Assembly: GCF_035594765.1 (NCBI RefSeq)
Contig: NC_085843.1
Coordinates: forward strand, 227,703,971-227,767,970
Length of the DNA stretch: 64,000 bases
Source of the DNA: Anolis carolinensis
Taxonomy: Eukaryota
Direction of reading: 5' to 3'
A model generated the notes under the pieces. It was not told where the DNA came from. It saw nothing but the letters and a program-made list of their open reading frames with translations, and searched no databases. Shown here in pieces: positions 11,355 through 22,529 of this stretch (within the stretch, counting starts at the first letter, position 1; each line of letters starts with the position of its first letter). Position numbers and translations under genes: made by a program.

Positions 11355-14300
11355 TTACTGTGCGTCCATATATTTTTTATATTGATCCCAATCTGTCCTT
11401 TTAATTGAATGTCCCTTATACATTTTCAATAAAAAGGTTAATTCATCCATGTCTCTTATGTCCTCCATTTTTTCAAGCCATTCTTCCTTTCCCGGAATTC
11501 GTTGTGATTTCCAGTGTTTTGCAAAGATGATCCTTGCAGCTGTGTTTATATATGTAAATAGTTTGTCATCATTTATGTTGAATTGTGTTTCTGAGTCTGT
11601 CAGATTTAGTAAATAGTATTCTGGTTTCATTGGAAACTTTTTCCCTAATATTTTCTGGGACTCTGTATGTATCATTTTCCAAAATTTGCCCGCTTCTTGA
11701 CATGTCCACCAAACGTGGTAATACGATCCAATATGGTCTCTACATTTCCAGCAGGAGTTTTGAGTTCCTTTGTACATTTTCCCTAATTTTTGGGGTGTAA
11801 TATACCACCTGTGGAAAGATTTCAGCCAATTCTCTTTTAAATCCCACGCATAGGTGTATTTTATTTTCTTCTTCCATAACGTTTCCCACTCCGCCATCAT
11901 AATCGTATGTCCAATATTTTGTGCCCATTTTACCATACATCCTTTGACTTCTTCTGCGGCGTTTGTCCATTCAAGTAGTTTATCATAAATTTTAGTTATC
12001 TCTTTCTTGTCTGATTGAAGGATCTTATCCCAAAATTTCTCATTGGAGCAAAAGCCCACTTTATTATCCCTCACAAATTTTTCCTTAATTTGAGCGTATT
12101 GTAACCACGTTAAGTTTTTGTATCTTCTTTTTAAGTCTTCTATAGGTCTAATTCGAAATTCATTATTTTCCTTAATTAGAATATCTTTGTATGTAGGCCA
12201 TTGTGACCAGCCTAATAGTTTCCTATTATTCTCTTCCAGTGGAGAGATCCATAGTGGTGTTTTGTCGTACATATGTAATTTATATTTGTCCCAAACTTTG
12301 CTCAGAGATGAGCGTATAAAATGATTTCCAAAGTTTTTTTCTATGCACTTTTTATCGTACCATATGTACGCATGCCATCCCCTTCTCAAGTCAAAACACT
12401 CAAGATCTAATATATTTTCCTTTTTGAGATTACACCAATCTTTGATCCACGTCAAAGCACAGGCATCCGCATACAGCTGTAGGTTCGGCAAGCCAAATCC
12501 GCCTCGGTCTTTTTTCTCCGTCATTGTTGCATACCTGATTCTGGGTTTTTTGCCCTTCCATATAAACTTAGAAAGATCCTTATTCCATTCCGCAATCGTT
12601 TTCGTCGATCTTATTATGGGTAGATTTTGAAATAAGTAGAGCATCTTCGGTAAGATGTTCATTTTAATTGATGCGATTCTTCCTAATAGTGAGATGTTTA
12701 AATTCTGCCACTTTTGTAAGTCTTGCTTTATTTCCCCCCACATTGATTTATAGTTGTTTTCTAGTAGCTGCGCGTTCTTAGCTGTAAGCCAGATTCCTAG
12801 ATACTTAATCTTTTTAACTATCGAGATTCCTGTCATGCTTCCCAACAATTCTTGATTGGTTTTAGTCATATTCTTTGTTAGTATCTTGGTTTTTTTCCTA
12901 TTTAAGCGGAAACCAGCTATCTCTCCATATTCTTCTATCTTTGTTATCCACCTGGATATTTGTGCTCTCGGTTCCTCGATAACACAGATTATATCGTCTG
13001 CGAATGCTCTGTATTTAAATTCATTTTTCTTTATTTTTGTACCCTTCAGTTCTTGATCATTTTTAATGTTTTTTAACAAAATTTCTAAGGCGAAAATAAA
13101 TATTAAGGGGGATAGTGGGCACCCCTGTCTTACCCCTTTTTCGATCTTCATATTCTTTGAGTATTGACCGTTAATCAGAATTTTGGCTCTTTGTTTGTCA
13201 TAGATCGTGTCTACTGCATTGTAAAATTGATATCCGATATCGATTTCCTTAAACAATAACTTGAAGAAAGACCAATTCAAATTGTCAAAAGCTTTCTCCG
13301 CGTCGATGGAGAGCAATGCTACTTCCTTTTGATGGTTCCAATCATAATATTCTATTATGTCCAGTATACATCTCACATTCTCTTTCATTTTCCTTCCCGG
13401 AAGAAAGCCTGTTTGTTCTGAGTTAATCCAATTGTTTAGAAATTCTTTGAATCTATTGGCCAATATACACGTAAATATTTTATAATCTGTGTTCAATAAA
13501 GATATGGGGCGATAATTTCTTACATCTGAAGAGTCTTGGTTTTCTTTTGGTATTACAATTATATCTGCATCTCTCCACGAATCAGGAATTTCTTTGTTTT
13601 GCAATGCCTCATTCATTACCCTTTTCAGGTGAGTAACGATTATGTCCTGCATAATTTTATAAAAGTTCGCTGAAAAACCATCCGGCCCCGGCGATTTGTT
13701 AGGCTTTAAAGAGCTTATTGCTTTCTTTATCTCATTTTCTGTTATTTCTTTATTGAGAATTTCTCTTTGATGATCACTAATCTTCTCCAATTTTTGATTT
13801 CCCAAATATTGTGATATTTTGGTCTTGTCAGTTCCGTCATCCTTGTACAATTGTGAATAAAATTTGTTAAATTCATGTAAAATATCTTCATCTTTAGTAA
13901 TACATTCCTTATCCGACTTAATTTGTGTGACTTGTTGGAGTTGTTTTTTCTTACGAATCTTCCGCGCCAGCCATTTCCCTGGTTTATTAGCATTCTCAAA
14001 GTTGAATTGCTTGATGAATCTTAGTTGATTAGCGGTCTGGTCCAATTCCATTCGACTTTTCTCTCTTTTTAAATTCTTGAGTTCTTTATTTACCTTACTG
14101 TTATTCGGTGAGATTTTCAGAATCTTCTCATTACTTTCAATCTGTAAATTTATTTCCTTCATTTTCTTCCATTTTTCTTTATTTATTCTTGCTTTCTGCT
14201 GTATCAAATGACCCCTAATCACCGCTTTGTAAGCATCCCAGACCGTTGCATCTTTAATGTCGCTGCTGACATTCAAGTCAAAATATTCCTTGGATATCTT

Positions 14301-15101
14301 TTTATATCTCTCTATGTCTTCTTCTTTTTTCATCAAGTTTTCGTTAAATTTCCATTTGGGTATTACTTTTTTATAGTTTATGATCATTTCCATGGGGCAA
14401 TGATCAGATTTGTCGCGAGGGGTAATAGCAATCTTATCAATTTTTGTAAATATTGTTCTGGTTGTCCAAATCATATCGATTCTTGACCATCCTGCGTGTC
14501 TGTGCGAATAGAATGTGTAATCTTTGTTTAATGGGTTTTTTACTCTCCAAGCGTCAATTAAATCAAAATCTTCCTTCAGCCGAATAAAGTTTTTTGGTAG
14601 AGAGCTTACCATATCTTTATTACATCTCTTTTTGGTTGATTTGTCCATTTTTGTGTCCAGTACCCCGTTAAAGTCTCCTAAGATTATGACCTGGTCCAAA
14701 TGTGTGTTTTCAATCTGTTCCTTCAAATATTTTGCAAATTGTGTTTTGGGACCGTTTGGGGCATAAATGTTGCATATTAATATTTTTTGAGATCCAATTG
14801 TAATTTCCACCGCCACTACTCTTCCTTCTGAGTCTTTAAATTTCAGTTCTGCTGGGATGCTGTTATTTATGTATGTGACCACCCCTCTTTTTTTCTTTAT
14901 GTCTAGTGAATAGAATTCTTTGCCGTAAACCTTGTTAGCTAATAGTGCTCCATGTCTTTGTGAGATATGTGTTTCTTGAAATGAAATAATGTCAAATTTT
15001 CCTTTTTTAATTTGACGTGTGAGTGCCCTCCTTTTATTTGGAGAGTTAAGACCATTAACATTATTTGAGAAGCATTTTATTTGACGTGTAAACTCATTCA
15101 T
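11355..15101 (-). CDS. L1 ORF2p: APE endonuclease, reverse transcriptase, CCHC domain
   Basis: Motifs SNNVNGL, FQETH, GDFN, RIDMIW, SDH (endonuclease); QGCPLSP and FADD (RT); CWKC..H..WWTC. First ATG is at 15101; the ORF-track start at 15116 is TTG. No stops or frameshifts. Confidence 0.96.
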   Translation of the reverse strand: MNEFTRQIKCFSNNVNGLNSPNKRRALTRQIKKGKFDIISFQETHISQRHGALLANKVYGKEFYSLDIKKKRGVVTYINNSIPAELKFKDSEGRVVAVEITIGSQKILICNIYAPNGPKTQFAKYLKEQIENTHLDQVIILGDFNGVLDTKMDKSTKKRCNKDMVSSLPKNFIRLKEDFDLIDAWRVKNPLNKDYTFYSHRHAGWSRIDMIWTTRTIFTKIDKIAITPRDKSDHCPMEMIINYKKVIPKWKFNENLMKKEEDIERYKKISKEYFDLNVSSDIKDATVWDAYKAVIRGHLIQQKARINKEKWKKMKEINLQIESNEKILKISPNNSKVNKELKNLKREKSRMELDQTANQLRFIKQFNFENANKPGKWLARKIRKKKQLQQVTQIKSDKECITKDEDILHEFNKFYSQLYKDDGTDKTKISQYLGNQKLEKISDHQREILNKEITENEIKKAISSLKPNKSPGPDGFSANFYKIMQDIIVTHLKRVMNEALQNKEIPDSWRDADIIVIPKENQDSSDVRNYRPISLLNTDYKIFTCILANRFKEFLNNWINSEQTGFLPGRKMKENVRCILDIIEYYDWNHQKEVALLSIDAEKAFDNLNWSFFKLLFKEIDIGYQFYNAVDTIYDKQRAKILINGQYSKNMKIEKGVRQGCPLSPLIFIFALEILLKNIKNDQELKGTKIKKNEFKYRAFADDIICVIEEPRAQISRWITKIEEYGEIAGFRLNRKKTKILTKNMTKTNQELLGSMTGISIVKKIKYLGIWLTAKNAQLLENNYKSMWGEIKQDLQKWQNLNISLLGRIASIKMNILPKMLYLFQNLPIIRSTKTIAEWNKDLSKFIWKGKKPRIRYATMTEKKDRGGFGLPNLQLYADACALTWIKDWCNLKKENILDLECFDLRRGWHAYIWYDKKCIEKNFGNHFIRSSLSKVWDKYKLHMYDKTPLWISPLEENNRKLLGWSQWPTYKDILIKENNEFRIRPIEDLKRRYKNLTWLQYAQIKEKFVRDNKVGFCSNEKFWDKILQSDKKEITKIYDKLLEWTNAAEEVKGCMVKWAQNIGHTIMMAEWETLWKKKIKYTYAWDLKENWLKSFHRWYITPQKLGKMYKGTQNSCWKCRDHIGSYYHVWWTCQEAGKFWKMIHTESQKILGKKFPMKPEYYLLNLTDSETQFNINDDKLFTYINTAARIIFAKHWKSQRIPGKEEWLEKMEDIRDMDELTFLLKMYKGHSIKRTDWDQYKKYMDAQ

Positions 15102-16167
15102 AATGCTCGTTTTCAAGTCCTAAAGTTCTAATTCCCAATTCTTCTTCGACTGCCGTCTCATCCACCTCTTCTGAAATCGTGTCCGATTTCCCCACTGCTA
15201 CACTTGGTTCCGTTGCTTTCTTCACTGTTATCAATTCTGTACCTAAGGGTGAGAGAAATCTTTTCCTTTTCGTTTGTGGTAGGGGTGTCTCTTGAGGCTC
15301 CATACCTTTGTCCTCCATCAGATTTTTGTAGAATTCCTTTGCCTTGTCCAGTGATGTGAGCCAGTATTTCTCGTTGTTAAACGAAACCATGACGCCTTCC
15401 GCCTTTTCCCATCGGAATCTGATTTTACGTTTTTTTAGTTCCTCTGTAAGGAAGAAATAATTCCTCCTTTTATTCAATATTGGTAAAGGAATTTCTTTTA
15501 AAATCGTGATTTTATCATTCTTATAGTAACTTGGTTGTAGACTGTTGGCCATCAGTATTTCATCCCTAACTCTCTTTTTTACAAAGTGTACTATGACATC
15601 TCTCGCCACTTTATTGCGTTTGGAATAGTTGGTTTGAATTCTGTAGATTCTGTCCAGATCAGTTTCCATTTCCTGTTCTGGACGTTGTAATATTTTTGCA
15701 GTAATTTGTATTATTATTTGTCTTATATTTTCATTAGATTCCTCTTGTATGTTCCTGAATCTAAGTTGAAATTCCATCTCTTTCAAGTCCATTAATTCTT
15801 GCATTTTTTCTAATTTTAAACTTTTATTTTGGCAGTCCTCCACCTGCTTTTGGGTTTTATTTTGCATCTTTTCCATGGTCCCTCTTGCTTTTTTCAGTTC
15901 ACGAATTTCTTCGTGCATCTCTTTCATTTCCTCTTTTATCTGGACGATGTCTTCCTTTATTTCTCTTTTCATTTCCCTCATCTCTTGGTGCATTTCTTTC
16001 TGGAATTTTCTTTGATCTTCCATGTTCGCGTCCTGTTTATCCGAAATTTTCTGAATCTCTTTGAGAATATCTTTTAAGGTTAGGTCTTCTGTTTGGGAGC
16101 CTCTCCTTGCCATACCCTTAGTATCTTTAAGGTCCTTCAGATCTTGTTTAAATTTTGGCCCTGCCAT
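15094..16167 (-). CDS. L1 ORF1p (coiled coil, RRM, C-terminal domain), 357 aa
   Basis: Heptad-rich EMREMKREIKEDIVQIKEEMKEM coiled coil; LRFRNIQE start of the RRM; RDVIVHF; lies directly upstream of ORF2. Confidence 0.93.
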   Translation of the reverse strand: MAGPKFKQDLKDLKDTKGMARRGSQTEDLTLKDILKEIQKISDKQDANMEDQRKFQKEMHQEMREMKREIKEDIVQIKEEMKEMHEEIRELKKARGTMEKMQNKTQKQVEDCQNKSLKLEKMQELMDLKEMEFQLRFRNIQEESNENIRQIIIQITAKILQRPEQEMETDLDRIYRIQTNYSKRNKVARDVIVHFVKKRVRDEILMANSLQPSYYKNDKITILKEIPLPILNKRRNYFFLTEELKKRKIRFRWEKAEGVMVSFNNEKYWLTSLDKAKEFYKNLMEDKGMEPQETPLPQTKRKRFLSPLGTELITVKKATEPSVAVGKSDTISEEVDETAVEEELGIRTLGLENEHYE

Positions 16168-17510
16168 TTTCTGTCAAAGCAGTAGCTGCAATGCTTTCCT
16201 ATTCCGTATATGTCGCTGTTTTGGTAGCTTTGTAGGTTATGACTATGTAGGTCGCTGGGTGGACTTTCACAGTGCGTCAATTTAGTATTTATATTACTGT
16301 TTCTTTATATACGCAGTTTCCACCTATGTCTCTCTATATCCCTCTTACTGCTATCCTTGGATTATGTTCTTCAATACAATCTTATTTAGCCCCAAAGATT
16401 CCAATGGTCCAATCACTTTCCATTAGCCTGTTCCCTTAGTCCTCCTTTGCTGCCCTCCTTCCGGAGTTTTTACCTTCCGGATTTTGAACTGTCCTTCTTT
16501 GAGTCCGGGTTTAGATCCTTCCGCTCGGTGTGATTACTTTACCCTTCCTAATTCCACCTCTTCCGGTCTTCCTGCCGCACTCCCTCTCCTCCTTTGCCCT
16601 TCTTCCGCCCTCGTCGTCTTCTTTGCCGCCTCCTCTTCCGTCTTTCCCGACACGTCTTTCCGCTTTCGTCCGCTTCCTGTTTCCGTTTCTTCCCACAGTC
16701 CTCCTCGGCTCCTTGCTTGTTTACAAGAAGGACCCTTCGTAGTCAAAACAATATGGCGTCAAGGTCAGTCACGGCCTGGTTCCTTCTTATTTCGCCTCTC
16801 TCCTCGCTTGCCTGCGGTCCGCGAATCCCGCGGCTTTAGTCCCTGCTCTTCGGCTCGTCTCTCCTCCGAGAGGCTAGCGGCAGAGCACAAATAGCCGTTC
16901 GGGTACCTGCGTTCCTCCCTTCGATTTACCAGGGAGAGGGGAGCTTCTTTGCTCTACCCAACCGCGCTGCTCGTTCCTGTCCGATAGTCAATTTAATTGT
17001 CTCTGTAAGCACTTCCTTGTCTTCAGGTGTTCCTTATCTCCGGATTGTTTGTTTATATCTTGTCCTTCTCCTGCAAGTTAGTTTTGCCTTGTGTGCTCCG
17101 ACGCATAAGCGTCCTGAGTCTCCGCGTTGATTTTCTTATATTCCGTGTAAGTTTTTACCGTCTTCCAATCAGTTTAATGTCCCCAAAAGGTTAGACTTTT
17201 TTGTTAAGCTCTCAGTTTCTTCCGCTACTTTCTTCTTAGTTTAAAATGAGCCCGGTCAGCAGTCAATGCGTGGCGATGCCCGCTTCCTGACTCGCGGTTC
17301 GCGGACCTTCTCGGCTAACTAGAACCTTCAGACCATACCTCTTCCAAGGTATCCCCGTCGGTCCAGTAGCCCTACGAAGGCTTGCGTCCCCCCCCGGTTC
17401 AATCCCCGGGGAGAGGGGAGCTGAAAGCTCTGACCCAACCGCTTTGTCAGTGGCTTGCTGGAGGAGCTTCAGCAAGTCCGTCCTGCCGCCATCTTGGCTC
17501 ACCGGAAGTC
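16168..17510 (-). promoter_or_regulatory. L1 5'UTR / internal promoter (about 1.34 kb, CpG-rich)
   Basis: CpG-rich compared with the flanks; ETS-type ACTTCCGG and YY1-type AAGATGGCG within the first 25 nt; TCAAGGTCA at 16759-16767. Confidence 0.7.
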
Positions 17511-18899
17511 CAGATTTTCTTTATTTTTTTTAATTCACCAAAAATCTGTGGATAAATCAAACATTCTGAAATTTGATGTGTTAACAGTGGTAAATATGTT
17601 CTACCACTGTAACAAATTTCATCAAGATAACTCAAAAAATGAGGAAGAGAGAAATCCCTCAGCTTTTCCCATTGACATTGATGTTTTCCTTAGCACGCAT
17701 GTGCAATTGCCATTCAGGAAATAATTATGAAATTTCATAAATTTGTTAGCATTCCAAATTTTTAACCACCAAAACTTTAGAAACACTCCTGCCTGGGTGA
17801 GTGACTGAGAGAGTGAGAAAATGAGTGTGACTTGGTTTAGGCACTCTACCATTTAGTATACACACAGAAGTGTCCCTAACCCACTATCAACTGTACATTC
17901 AACACTTTTTGTATGTTATATTACCTAACATAGCTAATCATACCTATACATGTGCAATAAACAAGATTTTGGAGTTAAAGACCCAAACTCCAATGGCTTT
18001 TACTCTATGTACAGATAACTCAAATGGCAGACTCATGAAATGAGCTGGGTTATACACAGTAAAATAAACACATTAGGCTCATTAAATTTTAATAACCTTA
18101 TTCCAAGATTTAAACAGATAATAACAGACAAATGAAAACACACACACACACACACATAAAATGCAGACAAACTCAGGTTGTAATTACAACACAGAGATTA
18201 CTTAGGATGTTCTCATACAAAATTAATTAATGTCCATGTCACCAATAGCTGTCTACCTTTGGGGAAGACTTTTATAGGACATCAAGTATATACAAACTCA
18301 TGCAAATGAATCAACATGAACTTTCAAAATCTGCACAAATCAAATCCAAAAATAAGGATCACGCAGTAGTTGTTGAACTAAAACTCTCAGCAGAGCTAGC
18401 CAGCATATATCATTATTGAGAATTGTAGATCAGCATCAGCTGTAGTACTTCCATCTCTATATAAACCAAATGGACAAGTATTTTTTGGATTTACTCTGAC
18501 TAATGGGTATTTTATTAGATTCACTGGAACAAATATTCCAATATGTTTAGAAAATGGTAATATATAGTTCAGTACCTAATCTGTTCAAAATTTGCCTGTG
18601 CTTCATTTGCGCAAGAAACAGCATTTCTACATGGAAAATTACATTTCTGTGCAAAATTGTTTTTTGTACAGAAAATGTTGATTTTTGTGTGTGTAGAAAA
18701 TGCTGGAACAGGGTAGAATTGCTTTCTTTGTCATTGTGCTATTGCACAACAAAATTATATGCATTTCTCCTCACAAACCACAAAAGAACACACCTATCCC
18801 TCCATACCCACACCACCACATAGCCCCCAATGCCACATCAGTGTGAAACTACTGAGTTCAACATAGCCACAGCTCTAGAATCAAAGCTATCCTTCAGTC

Positions 18900-19265
18900 T
18901 GTTTGTCCTTGTCTTTGTCACTGTGTACCATCTGCCAGATGGCAATAGTTTTAAAAAAGAATATGCGGGAGAGATGGGTCCCCAAGAAGGCAACTAATGG
19001 TTTGCTGTGCAAAAGTGCTGACCCTTTGGAACGCCTTCCTATCAGTCACTGTGCAGTTAACAAACCAAGCACAGATGCAGTAGGTTAAGATGCTCTCTAT
19101 AGCACAGTGGCAGAAAGTCACTAACAGTTTTTCATTCAGCTGGTGGCTCCTTAGGAGTCTCAGGTAGTTCAATTTCTGCTGGGCCCTCTTAACCAATGAT
19201 GTTGAATGGGTGCCCCAGGTCAGATCCTCCTTCACAGTGACATGCAGGAACTTAAAACTGTACAA
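18900..19265 (-). mobile_element. Rex1/Babar-clade LINE fragment (post-RT region), degraded
   Basis: FKFL.V..KEDLTWGTHSTSLVKRAQQKLNYLRLLR...FCHCAIESILTYCICAWF matches the Rex1 RT C-terminal pattern. Confidence 0.8.
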
Positions 19266-20233
19266 ATATTTGGGGTTGTTGTATGTTTTTTGGGCTGTAT
19301 GGTTATGTTCCAGAAGTAATACTTATATGCTCTACTATGGTGCCACTCAAGGTTTTTCTGAATGCCAGGGCAAGGAAAGTGTAGTAGTGGATGGGAACAA
19401 CTGGCCCTGAGTTAGCATTAGTTCATTTCATAGACAAATTCATAATTTTGGCCCCCCAAACCTGTCTTCAACTTATACATGAAGTCAATTAATACATGAG
19501 TATATGTGGTAATCAATTTATTCCAGCATATGCTTTCATGGACTACTTCTCATTTGTGGCTTTAGTCCATGATTTTTTATGCTGTGATTGATTAGTCTTA
19601 CAAGTTCCAAAAGATGTTTTTTTACCTTTTTCTAAATGCTGAGACAGAGCAGCATGCTTATCTGAGAATTGTTGAAAGAGAAACTCACGTCTTGCCTAAA
19701 GTGTTGTCTTCTGCTTATTCTTATGCATTGTTTCTTAATTGTCTGCCTCCATGATAAGTTGTCATTCTCTTCTTTGTGAGTGTCAGAGGCACAATAACAA
19801 TATTTTGTTTCAAAGGTTTTTAGAAGTCATTTTAGTTAGCAGTAGGTTCTTATTTCTGAAGGGAAAATGTGTATGATTGACATGAAAATCTTTATTCTTC
19901 CACAAAACATAGATTAAGATACAAACAATCGCTTCATTCTGTATCCTGCATTCATAATAGTTTTGATTGCTTTAGTGTGACTTGGGCCACAATTTTGACA
20001 ACTTTCCTCTTTTTAAAGGCAAATTGAACATTTATGCTTTCTTTTGTAACAAGAAAATTGCCTAGGTACGATCTGAAGAGAATGACTGTTTTTACAACAA
20101 ACACATAACAATATGAATTTTTGGACAACTATGGTATTTGGGAAATATTTAAACTTTAGACAACTAGATTATATCTACTGTCTCATTAATAGAGCCAAAA
20201 TGACTATTTCTCATATTAATTTCTTATGGAATC

Positions 20234-20293
<60 letters not shown>

Positions 20294-20330
20294 AACCCTA
20301 CCTTTCTACCCATGGGGACTAAAGGCGGCT
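20234..20330 (-). repeat. (TAT)n microsatellite with L2-type tail remnant
   Basis: About 19 TAT units followed by CCTTTCTACCCATGGGGACTAAAGGCGGCT (reverse L2-type tail). Confidence 0.65.
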
Positions 20331-21179
20331 ACCCCACCCACAACTTCCCCAAAGCCTGCCCCCTATCCTTCCCCAAATTACTGAACACCAGGCATCTGTG
20401 CCCACTCCCAAAAGGAAAAGGACCAATGCAACTATTTAATGACCTTAGGACACATTTTTAATAAAAGCTAAATGCAAAATATCCCTATTAGCATTCTACT
20501 TGTGTGGAAACTGACTTAGGCATATTGGGTGTTTCCTGTTGTTTAGAAAGTGAGGTGGCGGTGGAGATAAACTCTTCTCTGCACTGCCTTGGCTTTTTTT
20601 CTAAACAAAAGCTCTCATGAATCCTTAGGGCCACAGTTTCAAAGGAGAGATCCCAGTAGACTTTAGAAGGGGTTTATTACTCTCAAACAAGTCCACACTC
20701 TTTAGAGACAACTCTTGATAACCTGTATAACAATGGGAGAGACCTTGATCCAAATCTGACCCATCTGGGGTCCAATCCTACTGTCTGGGGTTCCCTGATG
20801 ACTGCATCTCTTTTCCATAGTGCTGTCACAAGGCAAGTTCTTAACTTTTAGATATATTTCTTCTACAACCTAGAAATTTGAAAACCTTTCCTCAGTATTA
20901 CTTGCCAGAAGGAAGAGATTCACATTAAAATATGCTGGGTATTTGCTAGAGATGTGCAAAATGGCACAAATCCATTTCGCAATGCAGATAGTCACCTGTA
21001 TCAATTCAGAAAGATGGGGTTTCTATTTGTAATCCAAATTCCAAAGTTTCATGATTGTTTTGGTAAGATTTGTTCCATTAGCAGCAATGGGGAAATTTTG
21101 GAGACTCCCTTTTCTGTAATTTTATGTCTATCAGGGTGAAACCCAGTTTTTAAGGAAGTTTTTAAGGGTAGCACAGTGT

Positions 21180-21386
21180 AAGCATTATGCATTTATATAT
21201 TTTATCTTATTTTATATATTTTATGTATGATGTCCTTGTTGCCTATTATAGATTAATTTTCTGTTATTGTTTATTTTTGGTTGTGTATTTAATTTGAACT
21301 ATTTATTTTTATTATGTATTTTTATTTTATACAGTTTAGAGCTGCTCCGAATTCCTGTGGGGAGAGGGAGCAAGATACAAATAAAG

Positions 21387-21446
<60 letters not shown>
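21180..21446 (+). mobile_element. L2-type 3' UTR/tail with (AAT)n
   Basis: T-rich UTR, GAGCTGCTCCGAATTCCTGTGGGGAGAGGGAGC, then about 19 AAT units. Confidence 0.55.
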
Positions 21447-21698
21447 CAAAGCTCAATGGAGGAAATACAACAAAGGCAATCAATACGTGGGCTATGCCTG
21501 TAATATTCTGCACTGCAAGCATAATTAACTCAACACAGGCTGAATTTGACACCCTGGGCAGAAAAACAGGAAAATTATGACCATTAATCGAGCACTGTAC
21601 CCAAGAAGTGACATAGACAGACTATACATAGCAAGGTCTGAAGGAAGAAGAAGGCTACTCCAAGTCAAGCAATTAGTAGAGGAAGAGAAAAGAGGCTG
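21446..21698 (+). mobile_element. R4/Dong/Rex6-clade non-LTR retrotransposon fragment
   Basis: Translates (one frameshift) to SKLNGGNTTKAINTWAMPVI...GRKT / IMTINRALYPRSDIDRLYIARSEGRRRLLQVKQLVEEE; begins exactly at the end of an (AAT)n tract. Confidence 0.8.
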
Positions 21699-21729
21699 AG
21701 GATATTTGTACTCATTGAAGCTTCTGAAT

Positions 21730-21812
21730 CATCTTCATAGGCAGCCCCACACAGAGTGCATTGCAGTAATTCATGAGAGTTGTAACTAAAATGTAGACCA
21801 CTGTGGCATACT
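21730..21812 (-). mobile_element. L2 ORF2 internal fragment
   Basis: Minus strand translates to ATVVYILVTTLMNYCNALCVGLPMK, resembling the L2 motif LV.SRLDYCNAL.GLP. Confidence 0.55.
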
Positions 21813-22091
21813 CCTAGTATTCCCCAGTCTCCTTTTCTGGCTGCTTGCCTTGGTCACACTCATTATTAGAATTAAGTCCCAAGAATATATCTAAAACTGA
21901 ATTCAGCCCTCCACTCTTGTTCTGAATGAGAAAAGTGTCTCAGGTGCATTAATGATTTTCTTACTCATTAGCGGTTTGTTTGCATTACTTTTTATTACAA
22001 TTTATAATTTTACTAGCTATGCCCGGCCACGCGTTGCTGTGGCGAAGTATGGTGGTATGGGAAATAAAGTATTGAGGAATTGGTGGTAGTT

Positions 22092-22413
22092 AAGGTAAAG
22101 GGTAAAGGTTTTTCCCTGACATTAAGTCGTGTCTGTCTCTGGGGGTTGATGTTCATATCTATTTCTAAGCCGAAGAGCCGGCGTTGTCCGTAGACTCCTC
22201 CAAGGTCATGTGGCATGACTGCATGGAGCGCCGTTACCTTCCCGCCGGAGCAGTACCTATTGATGTACTCACATTTGCATGTTTTCCAACTTTAGGGTTG
22301 GCAGAAGCTGGGGCAAACAGTGGGGGCTCTCTCTGCTCCCCCAATTCAAACCTGCAACCTTTCAGTCCAGAAGTTCAGCAGCTCAGTGCTTTAACACGCT
22401 GTGCCATCAGGGG
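22092..22413 (-). mobile_element. Sauria SINE (inside the Helitron)
   Basis: Minus strand carries ...GAGTACATCAATAGGTACTGCTCCGGCGGGAAGGTAACGGCG...CTTCGGCTTAGAAAT... and the (ACCTTT)n tail. Confidence 0.9.
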
Positions 22414-22529
22414 ATATTATTTCCTAAAGCTTGTGATTATACAATATTTCTGATTGTTCTTTTTTTTTTTTGTCTGTTGGAGGCAAGTATGAATGCTGAA
22501 ATTAGCCAAAATGATTAGGATGTAATATC

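Larger units (their letters stand above)
11124..17510 (-). mobile_element. full-length L1 (LINE-1) retrotransposon, about 6.4 kb
   Basis: 21-bp TSD CAGATTTTCTTTATTTTTTTT (11103-11123 and 17511-17531) at a canonical TT/AAAA site on the L1 strand; 5' end GACTTCCGG...AAGATGGCG; two intact ORFs; AATAAA (11136-11141) and short poly(A). Confidence 0.97.

Noticed and set aside
16484-16894. 136-aa antisense ORF in the L1 5'UTR (ORF0-like)
   Set aside because: Starts at TTG, is low-complexity, and stop-poor composition explains its length.
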